A stretch of 40,555 nt of DNA. It comes from Intoshia linei. Its lineage: Eukaryota; Animalia; Orthonectida. A program made the position numbers and the translations under genes. The stretch spans positions 1 to 40,555 of the forward strand of contig LWCA01000202.1 of NCBI GenBank assembly GCA_001642005.1. Reading direction: 5' to 3'. Of this stretch, positions 10,678-21,761 are shown in pieces (position 1 is the stretch's first letter; each line of letters begins with the position of its first letter). A model generated the notes under the pieces. That model was not told where the DNA came from, made no database searches, and saw nothing but the letters and a program-made list of their open reading frames with translations.

Positions 10678-11767
10678 TTCACGTATATTAGTAAATATTT
10701 ACATATACATAACTTAAAACGACATATACAATAACTTCAGTACAACTACGTTCTGCAAATACTTAAATATTATAATCAAATACCAAAATATAAAATATAC
10801 AGCTACCCAACATGAAACACAAACTGCTCACATAAAAGATAGAACAAAGTAAAAAATACTACATACGACAATAAGCGCAGTTTTAAAGTAAAAAAATTAC
10901 AATTAACTAGATGCCACCCAAAAATACAAACTAGCCCTAAAAAAATTCACATGTGATGTCATTCACATGTCAGCAGTGGTGTAGAGTTATAGTGTGCGGA
11001 GCCCACCCTAGAAAAATGTAAAAATTATATTTTCAATAATAATTTATATAATTTAATGTTCATTTTGATCAACGTAAAGGATATATAAAATGGAATCCTG
11101 AAAATTGTCCTAAATTCCAGAAATAATAAAATTATAAAAACATATTTTGTCATTTTCAATGTGATGATATATATTCAGTACCAATTTAATAAATACTTAC
11201 AAATACTAATTATGTATCAATAATTAACTGAATCTTCACTTTATAAACATTTCACTCAAATTTTACCAATATTGCAAAGGTTGTAATAAATATAAAAATA
11301 ATATTAAAAAAGTTGTTTTAGTTTTGTTTGTTTAGTTTCTATATTATATATATTATATTTATTTATATATAATTTATAATTAAATATATTTAAATATTAT
11401 TTATTATTTTAATTTATATAAAATTTCTAAATTAAATTTGTATTCAAAATGTTTTGAAGATGAAAATTTGAATTTTAAAAATTGCGTAGCAATGAAAAAA
11501 ATCCCGAAAGAATGAATTATATATTTTTTCATTTATGTTTCTTTATTGGAAATGTGTTGACATTGTGTGTGTGTGTGTAAGACGTGATCTGAAATTTTTC
11601 AAATTTTTGTAGAAAAATAAGTTATTTGAAATAACCTAGATATAACGTACAAAATAATGTTCATGTTCTTTGAAAATAGTGTCTATGACTACCAACTAAA
11701 TATATATTTTTAAAATAATTATATTTGATTTGTTGATTAAAATTTATAGTTCAACATTATTATTAAA

Positions 11768-12399
11768 ATGTCAAAAGATATTGTAACTGCTAATGAAATT
11801 TACAGAAAATTGAAAGAAAGAGACGAACTTGACAGGTAATATTCACTATTCAATTAAATTTCGTATTGTTGATATTAAGTAAAATTTCTACTGAATTTTT
11901 TTCAAAGTTAACTTTTTTTTGCGATAATCTCGTTCTAATATTAGTTCACTCGATTGTAACCCATTGACCCAGACCGATAGTTCTGTAAGGTTTGTTACCA
12001 TTTAATTATTCGTTTAGATTGCATGAAATGCTACGAGAATGTCTTACAAAAAGTGGCTGGAAAGATAAGGTTCTACATCTTTGTAAAGGTAATGTCAAAT
12101 AATCAATATTTTAATGCGTTCAGATACCGTTCAAAAACATGAACTTGAAAATATAACTGTCAACTATTTAATTGAACACGTACGAGATACAGCCAGAGGT
12201 AATTTCCACTTCAGACTTTGGTGGCCGGTTCGGAGTTTACCAAACTTCAGTTTCCCATCCGGTGTATCATTTTTTCAATTTTATTTGAGTATATTGTTTT
12301 AATTTAGAATGGGTACCAACTCATATAAAAGAAAAGTTGTTGAAAGAGATTGAAATTTTCGTAAGAAACGAAGAAAACATTCGTGTCGTCAACGAATAA
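11768..12399 (+). CDS. ENY2: Transcription and mRNA export factor ENY2/Sus1, exons 11768-11835, 12018-12088, 12124-12198, 12308-12399
   Basis: Spliced: IYRKLKERDELDRLHEMLRECLTKSGWKDKVLHLCKD...LENITVNYLIEHV...AREWVPTHIKEKLLKEIEIFV, colinear with the ENY2 consensus (GWKD, VP..VK.ELL..I). Confidence 0.92.
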
Positions 12400-12452
12400 T
12401 ATATGCCACCATTGTACATTTTGAAATAAAAATATATGAAAAAGATTTATTA

Positions 12453-12919
12453 TTACATTTTAATTGAACTAAATATTTTAATAAGCATAAATGGCATTAT
12501 AACGAGAAAAACTACAATATGGAACGGAGTTGATTTCATTTTATCTTCATCTGAGAAATTTTCCAATAAAATAAGCCCTAAAGCTCCAATAGTGTACACC
12601 ATTCCAACTATAAAACCTTCCAAAATGTACTGCCTATTCTGTGCATGAGGTAAAAATATCACAGGTATCGTATTCCCATTTTTATCTCTTTCTGTTCCCA
12701 TTAAAGGTGGTTGGATTATCATCATGTGAACAAACCCTAAGAAATTTAGTGTAAAATTTAAACCTTCGTAAATATACCTGAAGTGATAAAGAAATACAAT
12801 ACAAAAAACAAAACGAAATAGGTATATCGATTGGTGAATGGTGCTTTGATAACGTTGATAATAGTCATAATAGAATCATCGTTCTTTATTTCAATTTTAG
12901 GAGTGGTTGGTTTAGTCAT
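12453..12919 (-). CDS. OSTC: Oligosaccharyltransferase subunit OSTC/DC2, exons 12778-12919 and 12453-12736
   Basis: YFFITSG|FVHMMIIQPPLMG...PVIFL...NRQYILEG matches the DC2 pattern YFLITGG...VEPPSVG...PVAFL...NGQYIMEG. One 41-nt intron. Confidence 0.92.
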
Positions 12920-12991
12920 TTTAAAACAAAAGATAATCGATAAAAATAAATACAAACAAGTCAATAAAATTAATTTCAAATTGATTTATAG

Positions 12992-14128
12992 ATGAATAAT
13001 AAGTTACCCATTGAACGAATATCAAAAAATGTAAACAAATGGAAAGAATTGAATCTTAATTTATTAAAACGCGAATCAACAGAACGGATGATTAATGATG
13101 TAAATCGTAATATTTTTTTAGCGCATAAAAACAAGAGACTGGCCAAACGTTTAAACAAAATTGAAATGAAAAAATCATTTAAAAAAGCCAAACATTTAGT
13201 TCATAAAATTGGACCAAAGAACCAAACTGCTCCCTATTTAAATCTAACCCATTTAAACTGCTTGAAAATTCCGTTTAAATTAAAGTATTTGAAGGTATAC
13301 TTTGTTATTACGTTTGCCGTGTTGATGGTGTATTTACGTTTCAATTTTTTGTGCAATTTATACAAAAATAATTACAATAACTTAGATTGGAACATTGTCA
13401 ATAAAGATTTGAAAAATAATTTTATTTTGCTAGACGGGTGTATAAGTAAAATCATAAGCTCAATTAAAGTTTATTTGGAAACTGTACAATCACTTCCCTT
13501 ATTTTTAGTGTTTTACGGAACCAGTGGAACTGGGAAAACATTTTTCAGTCAATTGTTGGTGAATAATTTAAAGAGTTTTGCATTTAATCATGATTTTGAC
13601 AAGTTTAATGGTTTATTAAAGAAGAGAGAAATTTTAAATTCTTTTTCAACCATAGTAAAGCAGGATGTGACGGGATCAATTGACAAAAATTCAAATTTTT
13701 ATTTGTATTTTATTGACTTTTATCAGTCAGAGTTACAACCCGCAAGTAACAATGAAATTATTTATTTATTGGAATTATACAACTCTATATTACTTCAAAT
13801 TAATTCAAAATATAAATGTATATTATTAATTAATCTCACCACCGATGCTCATAACTTTAATGCAACATTGAATATACCTAAAAGCGGTACTCAAATAGAT
13901 GCAAATATTTCCGATAATTTTAAATTTTTTAAATTTAAATCATTTCAAAAAACTAATTTGGTTATGTATGCCAATCATCTCATCAAAATGAAGAGTATAA
14001 ATTTGAATCAATCGAGAATCAAAGAAAAAATTCAATTGATCATTAATCAGATTAGCCAAAAATATTTAATTCAAAGCGGATTCAGAACTTTTTTGAGAAA
14101 ATTGGAATTTAATTATTTATTGGTTTGA
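12992..14128 (+). CDS. Torsin-family AAA+ protein with TOR4A-like architecture (basic N-terminus, one TM, AAA+ domain), intronless
   Basis: TM at about aa 102-120; DL.....(GQH)-like helix; PLFLVFYGTSGTGKTFFSQLL Walker A in a torsin context; C-terminal SGFRTFLRKL aligns with the torsin GCKxxxxKL motif. Confidence 0.75.
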   Translation: MNNKLPIERISKNVNKWKELNLNLLKRESTERMINDVNRNIFLAHKNKRLAKRLNKIEMKKSFKKAKHLVHKIGPKNQTAPYLNLTHLNCLKIPFKLKYLKVYFVITFAVLMVYLRFNFLCNLYKNNYNNLDWNIVNKDLKNNFILLDGCISKIISSIKVYLETVQSLPLFLVFYGTSGTGKTFFSQLLVNNLKSFAFNHDFDKFNGLLKKREILNSFSTIVKQDVTGSIDKNSNFYLYFIDFYQSELQPASNNEIIYLLELYNSILLQINSKYKCILLINLTTDAHNFNATLNIPKSGTQIDANISDNFKFFKFKSFQKTNLVMYANHLIKMKSINLNQSRIKEKIQLIINQISQKYLIQSGFRTFLRKLEFNYLLV

Positions 14129-14592
14129 TATCTATATAAATTATATAATCAATTTTTTTTTCTTTGTTAATACATGTTATCTCTGTTTGTTTTAGTTGTT
14201 TTTTGTTACCAGGTCCATTTCCTTTTTGATAGTACAAGGAAATGCTTTTGCATTATTTTTAGTTATTCTGAGAAAATTAAATATTAATGTTTCTGGATGT
14301 CAAAATGTAGGGTCTTTTTTATTTTAGCACAATATATCAATTGTTATTGGTCATTTCATATTTAAAAAGATGCAATGGTCAATCATCGATTGTTTATGCT
14401 TTTGCCTAAACTTAACCCTGGTGCTTGATTAATATTTTTGAGTTTGAGATATACTTGTATTTACACGCACAGTTCGATGCCACGTAAAAATTGAAAATTT
14501 TGATGTTTCGTAAATTACATTATTTCAAATAGTAAAGTTACATTTGCTTTATAAAATTTAAATTATTATAATTTTTGTAATTTGTAATTTCA

Positions 14593-17500
14593 ATGAACAA
14601 AGATCAGACTTATTTACCCTGGTATTATATTTTATTTATTCAAATATAGAATTTACTTTTAAAAATAATTCATAACATCTTTTGATATCGGCTGCAACTT
14701 TAGATTCGTTAAGATCAGAAATTATTGCATGCATTTTGTAGTTTTTGGATATTTATAAGAAACACTATCATCTTTTTTTTATCCCTATCAGCTACATTAT
14801 TTCTAAATTTTTTTTGAATCTCGACACACTGACATGATATTAAAACTTTATGCACCACGAAACACCAAAAATTTCAAACATACGGTTTGTCAGTGTGGTT
14901 ATAAATTCGAATACGCCAGTTTCAGCGATTGTGATAGTCCGTGACTTTACCAGGAAATATTTATTTATCTGATATTTTCCATTTCCGTTTAAATATTAAC
15001 TTTGTATTAAATTTAGGGTAGAAAAATATAGACCAACTGAATTTAATGAAATATGTGGACATGGGACCAATGTGAAAAGACTTGCTGTTTTTGCTCAACG
15101 TGGAAATCTACCTAATATTCTTTTGGCAGTATATTTTTTTCATTTAAATTTTTAAAACTTTGATACATTTTTTACAAATATAAATAGGGTGTCTACTTAA
15201 ATCCAACCATTTTTACTAAAAATGAAAATTTACCAATCCATTAGGGAAAAATCGAGTTTTACAAACATTAAAAGAAAAAATTCAGTTTTTCCGACCCTAA
15301 AATGAAAAAATCAGTTTTATCAAACCTTTATGGAAAATTTTAGCCTTTTAGGGTTTGTAAAAATAGATTAATCCCTTTAGGGTTGGCGAAAATCAAATTT
15401 CATTTTCAGAAATTGATATTTTCAGGGTCAAAACCCAAATTCCCTTTTTTTAAAAAATAAAGTCCTAGAATTTAAAAAAAATTTTTATGATACACCTCAA
15501 TACAGTTGATCTAGATACAGAATTTCAATTTTAGAAATCTACGCAATGCCGGTGAAAAATAACTTAACATATTATTATCCAATATTTTTAAATTTTCAAA
15601 TTTCAGACGAACCAATAAATTTTGTTATTCATAAATCAGATTTTTGTGTATTGATAGTATTTATGTACTTTTCAGTTTTAATTTTTTTCATTTGATAGGG
15701 TCCACCTGGAACTGGTAAAACAACAACTATTAAATGTATTGCAAGACATTTATTAAAAGATATATACGATGATGCGGTTCTCGAATTAAATGCTTCTAAC
15801 GAACGGTATTATATATTTTAATAAATATATCAGTAGTCGTTGAAATAAATATAAATATGCATTTGCAAAATATGGATCATCCAATAATAATAATAAAGAG
15901 ATTTACACTGTTTACCGATAAGAAGAACTAAAGCTGTATGGAATATAATATAAAAATAATAATAATGTATATATATAGTATTTAAAAACAATTTATTCAT
16001 GGAATAGTGAAGAAGTGACCGTGACTGACTGAAATACACAAAATAAGATGATTATTAATATTCTAGAATCTAGAGACATGACGATATTATTTCGATAGAG
16101 TGAAAAAAATGTGATTTATATCAACGACTACTGTATCATTAATATTGTGTATCTTTTATTATGTACAAGTGCTCTCCACATTAGTTGTGAAATTATATTT
16201 TATAATATGTCAACGTTAGAGGGATTGATGTTGTCAGAGGGAAAATAAAAATGTTTGCTCAAAAAAGTATCAACCTTAAACCTGGACAACATAAAATTAT
16301 CATATTGGATGAAGCAGATAGGTAATGGCTAAAGCTGTACTATGTGTTGATTAATTACGAAAAACCGTATATTGAAATTAATTATGTACGTGTTAATGTT
16401 AGTGAAAATTTTTTTATTTTTCAAAATTATTCTACATTTGTAGGTCTTTTTTAAAACCCATCACAAACACTTAATTTCATCAAAGTTTTTATTATTGTTT
16501 TATTAATTTGCTTTATGACAAAATATACAATGTTTATATGAATAGTATGACTGAATCAGCCCAACAGGCACTACGACGAACTATGGAACTTTACTCTAAA
16601 ACCACTCGATTTGCCTTGGCCTGTAACTATTCCGACAAGATTATAGGTATCTTCATTAATGCTAAAAATATAACTAAACGTTACGCCTTAGACCCAATAC
16701 AATCACGATGCGCTGTGATTAGATTTTCTAAATTGGCAGATATTGATGTTATGAAAAGAATCTTGGAAATTATTGATTTTGAAAAAATAAGTTACGAAGA
16801 CAATGGATTATCAGCTATATTATTTACTGCCCAAGGAGATATGCGTCAGGTAATTTTGAATTAAACTAATTTTTCTAAAACAGTAGTTTCCAATTCAAAT
16901 AGTGTACGGACCACCAATTCAAAATATTTATTTTTTTGGACCCCAAAGAAAAAATTTACGAAAAAAGTGAAAGTTTTTTTTCATAAAATTTAGTAAAATC
17001 GTTTTTTTCAAATAAATATTGGAATAATGGCATTTTTCTATTAAGAGTTGGTAAAATTGGATTTTTATTTTGAGGTTGGAATAAATAAGAGGTTTTTCTG
17101 ATAAGATTTGATAAAATCGTGTTTTTCAAAAACATATCAGTAAAAGTCAATTTTCCCCTGAGGATTTAAAACGGTAATTTTTATTAATGATGGGATAAAA
17201 GTGATATTTTTGAAATAATATTGTACTCATCTAGACTTTAGAGTCAATTCCTAACATCTGGCAAACCTGTAATAAATATTAAAAATAAACAAAATTTTAT
17301 AAATTTTTTTATATATTTTATTTAAATCTCATGGACACCAGGACTATGGTTTGGAACCCAATGAGTAACCAGTGTTCTAGGGCCTTGTCACAATAGAGAT
17401 TTAATGTAAAAAAAATGTCCGTTTGTTATAGCAAAATAGAATGAAAATTTGTGTAATGTCACCTGAAAAAAAGTTGACGATGAATAAGTTAATTTACTTT

Positions 17501-18055
17501 TTTCCTAATATGGAGAAAATGTATCAATCTTTGTTTATGATTGAGCGATATATTTGATTGTAAAAACTGTTTTTAGGCTATAAACAACCTACAAGCAACT
17601 TATCAAGCCATGAATCATATAAAAGGAGAATATGTTTACAAGGCATTTATTTTATCAATGTCAAATAAATATACCATTATAGGTTTGCGACGAACCTTCT
17701 CCATCAAAAATTGAAAAAATGTTTACATGCTGTATTGAATCTGATATTGATAATGCCTTAAGCACCATTGATTACTTGTGGAGTAAAGGCTACGCTTCGG
17801 ACGACATTTTATCGACAATGCTGCGGGTATTGAAAGGAACTTTTAAAATGCAAGATATTTTACGGCTAGAATACATCAGGGTACACCCAACAAAATTAAT
17901 AATTTTATATTTAGAAAATCGTAGCGACTAAAATGGTAGTAGCAGAAGGTTTATCCAATATAAACCAATTATACGGCTTGATTGCAAATTTATGCATGAT
18001 AAATTGCAAAACTATGCCCACTGACCTAATGAATAATGTGGAATGTATATTTTAA
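14593..18055 (+). CDS. RFC2: Replication factor C subunit 2 (40 kDa; yeast Rfc4 type), multi-exon
   Basis: LPW|[24 protein letters not shown]|[21 protein letters not shown]|[33 protein letters not shown]|AINNLQ, VCDEP. Confidence 0.96.
15186..15490. repeat. Composite DNA-transposon relic in an RFC2 intron
   Basis: agggtgtctacttaaatcc(a/g)accatttttactaaaa (15186-15221) recurs at 39787-39822 with one mismatch. About 15400-15480 matches the repeat at 2430-2540 and 37314-37420. Confidence 0.7.
15831..16133. mobile_element. MITE with 20-bp TIRs in an RFC2 intron
   Basis: cagtagtcgttgaaataaat ... atttatatcaacgactactg (19/20 inverted match), flanked by tat on both sides. Confidence 0.85.
16881..17374. 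mobile_element. hAT (Buster/Charlie-like) MITE in an RFC2 intron, same family as 19654-20002
   Basis: Left end cagtagtttccaattcaaatagtgtac and internal 17060-17130 are near reverse complements of 19976-20002 and 19855-19920. Flanks are ttctaaaa and ttctaggg. The right end is uncertain. Confidence 0.7.
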
Positions 18056-18126
18056 TTTTAATTATTGTGAAATAAATAAGTAATGGCATAAATAAATCAT
18101 AAAGTGAGTAAATTCAAGGATTGGTT

Positions 18127-21100
18127 TTATGCGTCGGATTCATTTTCGTTTTCGTAGAGATCGGAAGTTAAGCGTTTGATTGTATTTTCCAATTCAAGAA
18201 TTCTAGTTTCGTGACCACGGACAATAGCTTCTAATGCCAAAACTTTTTTCTTATGTTGTAAAACTTCTTCATTGTTTTCACTCTTAATGCTTGATGGTTT
18301 GCTATTGTTTGATGACCCGTCGAAAACACCGGTTGTGACAGAAATGTTTCGTTTTGCATTTGAATTTAGTGCAGATGTAAAGTTAAAACTTGACTGGTTA
18401 TTATCTGTGCCGCTGGATGTGGAAAATGTTAATTGGTCAACCTAGAAATAAATATCATTCGTCACAAATTCATACTCTAATTGGATGGGTGTTTTTCCCA
18501 GAAAGCCACTCACTGACAGATAAAGCAGGTTCCGTGCCTATGATTGGTGGGTATATATCAGATTGGTAATCGGTTCCCTATAAATTGGTTACATTTGAAT
18601 TTGCTTCACAAGTTACCTTTCTCGGAACTATCATGGATATAGGTTCAATTTTGTTAGAATTATTTAATTTATACACTCTGAAACTGAATTAATAAGATAC
18701 TACATGGAAATACCTCGCAATTTCACATTTTTTGGTGTCACAGCCTCTTTTGGTTAAAACGGCGAAACCTTTTTGAGCTTCTAAAAAAAGTATACAATTT
18801 AAAAATTTTGACGGTACCTGTTGACTGATAAATATTCAAGTAGGTAAAACTCTCTTTTTCATCAGCTGAAATTTGGTAATATCTAAATGAGGAATCACCC
18901 TAGATGAAAAAAATATACTTTAATGAAGAATTTAAGATACTTTGCCTATGACGTAAATAATATCGAGCTCTTTGTCGTGATATGCCAACAGCGAGCCGGT
19001 ACTTCTATCAAAATCTTCCCTCTGGAGAAGGTCAAGATTCTAAAAGAAAATTAATTCTCTGAATCAGGAACGATACAATATTATACAATCCAACTTCTCG
19101 ACTACCTCCTCTTTTGTTACAACCTGTTGTAAATATGAGATCATTTTTAGTAAATACACACGACGAATATTTTGCTGATGTGTGCCCTTTTCCACTCTAG
19201 ACGTGTTAAGTTAACATTGTAATTTTATTAATTTGTTACTCTTATAATTTCACCCTTCCTAGGGTCAATAATATAAATATTAGTATCCCGACATGTAGCT
19301 GCAATGTACTGACCATTTGAACTCCAACTGTTTGAATATGTATAAATCAATATTAGAAATACCTAATGCAAAATGCAGATTCTGGCAATGTTATTGAAGA
19401 AATCGGTCGTTGGGTTTCACAATTCCAAACAAATATCGTGTTGTCAGAACCTTACAAACTGAAAAAATTATATGTTGGTTTTTACCCGAACTGGCTAAAA
19501 TGTTAGATACAGTAGGATGCCAAGCTAATTTCGTCACTTTTCTCTGGTGTCCCAATAATCGGGTGGCTGGTTCCTAAAATAACAAATTAGTAAAATTATT
19601 ATTTACAAATGGAAAAAAGTGAATGATTTAATTTAGTTTGCGAACCCTTAGACAAGTGGTTTCCGATTGGGGTACGTGAGATTTAAATAAAATACACAAA
19701 ACTTTTAGACGTTAAGAATTTATCCCAAAGTCTAGAGTCTAGACGACGGGTACATTACTATTTCAAAAAGTCCAATTTTATTCCACCATTAATAAAATTT
19801 AATAAAAAATAATATTTTAAACCTGTAAGAAAAAGATCCCTTTTTCCTATATTTTTTTGAAAAACACAATTTTATCAAATCTTAAGAAATACATCTTATT
19901 CCAACCTCAAATTAAAAATTTTTACTAAAATTTCTTATGCGAAAAAACTTTAAAAAAACATTTTTTCATAAATGGGTATACTATTTGAATTGGGAACCAC
20001 TGCCTTAAACTCTAAGACTTAGCCAATATTTGTTAAAAAATCATTTTGGAATACGAATGAATTATAAAATAAATTAAACTTACAATATCCTTTGCAATAC
20101 TAACTCCGTTATCAGGAATGATCCATAAAGCTATAGAGCAATCATCCGATGAAGAAGCTAACAGATCATCATTGTAAGGATTAAATTGAATATCATAAAC
20201 TGGACCAGCGTGTTTGGACAGAAGATTAAAATATCGATCTACGCGTCCGTACTAAATTATAATAGCAATATTAAAAATTAATTAAACAATTTAAATCAGT
20301 TTTCTAAACCGGGTAAAGAGTAAAATCTTTCACCTTCCAAATTTTCTAATTCATACCCGTTAATTAAATTTTTAAATATTTATTTCATTAGATCCGTAAA
20401 CCATTACCAGTTTTTCTCCCATTTACGATATATACATTATGTACAATAGGGCTATTCTATTTTTACTTGTTTTAATATCAAAATTGCATATATAGATATT
20501 GAAAACCGTTCAATTGTTCCAGAATAATGTAGATTTTTTTTGGACGAAAAAGCCACGCGTATATTACTTTTACTGTTTTCTTAAAATTTCTCCAATTTTT
20601 GGTTATGCAATGGGCCATGTAATATTAATTATGCTATTTAAAATACTAAAATACTTTTACAAATAAAAAAAATTATGAATTTTCATAATAATAAAAATAA
20701 TGCGTTGATATCACTTATTAAGTCTTAATTATTAAATTTAATTTTATTTAAAAATACAATTATCCGGTTTTGTTATATACAATTAAAAAATTGTAAATTG
20801 ATATAACAACCATTTATATTATTCATCAACTTGTAATATCGGCATACTCGTCCAATTATAAAAATATATATTCCTACCTGGAAAATTCAAAACTTAAATC
20901 ATTCCAATACATCAACATTCCCGCAAACTGGAGTTCCATGTGAACCCTTTGGGAAGCATAATTAGGAACACAAATGTAAATGACCTTTACTTTAAATATA
21001 AAAGAATATTATGTGTATAAATAGGTTGATATTTATTGTTTAGTCAATAAAGTGTTAATTTGTTAGTAATTAGACCTCAATGAAAATGTAAAAAAAAATA

Positions 21101-21294
21101 TTAAAAACCTTTTGTAGTGGCAAAATTTGAATAGAAGATCCATTAGCTCGATCAACAATGATTGACAAGTATTTAGGGTTGACTGCTAGCAAAAACGAGT
21201 CACCCGAAAAAGAGGACGGTGAAATTGAATCATATGTATCGTTGCGGTGGAATGGTTTACCAAATACGTTCCTGAATTTTGACGTTTTGAACAT
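18127..21294 (-). CDS. CORO1: Coronin (WD40 actin-binding protein with C-terminal coiled coil), multi-exon
   Basis: MFKTSKFRNVFGKP, AVNPKYLSII, HAGPVYDIQFNPYNDDLLASSSDDCSI, GHQRKV..LAWHPTVSNILAS, GK|GDSSFRYY, KRGCD..KCEIAR, IEPISMIVPRK, YQSDIYPP and a coiled-coil tail. Confidence 0.95.
19654..20002. mobile_element. hAT (Buster/Charlie-like) MITE in a coronin intron
   Basis: TIR aagtggtttccgatt / aattgggaaccactg; 8-bp TSD ccttagac / ccttaaac with central TA. Confidence 0.85.
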
Positions 21295-21761
21295 TTCAAC
21301 AGATCTAGTAGCAAGTTAATAATGTAAATATATATATAAATAAACAAGATTTAACAAACCACCCATATTTAAACAGCTGATAAAATCAATAAATTATTTT
21401 TAAATTTAAATGAGGAGAAATTACCGAATGTATCAAAATTGAAAAAAATAATTAATAAACTATGATTGAACGATATTTAATAGAGTAAATCAGGTATGTG
21501 TTCATGGCTACTTTTGTGCGTTACTTAAATAAATCACTAAGAAATGTAATGTTGGTCCATCACACATTCACACGTGCAAATTTATTTACAAACTAATTTG
21601 GAATATTTCTATAAATAGAACAAATAATGACTGACTTGCAACTTGCAAGTTTTACCATTTTGTGAAAGCATAAAATAAAATCTCAAATATGCATTTAGAT
21701 TTATGACAATATAGTTGACATTTGATATTAAATATAGTTTAGTTTAATTTAATTTAAAAAA

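Noticed and set aside
10974-11010. cagtggtgtag hAT-like terminus
   Set aside because: No convincing partner TIR or TSD.
12205-12265. tRNA, Y RNA or SECIS identity for the ENY2 intron structure
   Set aside because: No cloverleaf or A/B boxes, no Y-RNA 3' motif, and no AUGA/GA quartet in a 3' UTR context.
18901-19080. GTATCT and GTATCG donors resembling U12 splice sites (also 16647)
   Set aside because: They do not match GTATCCTT and no TCCTTAAC branch site is seen.
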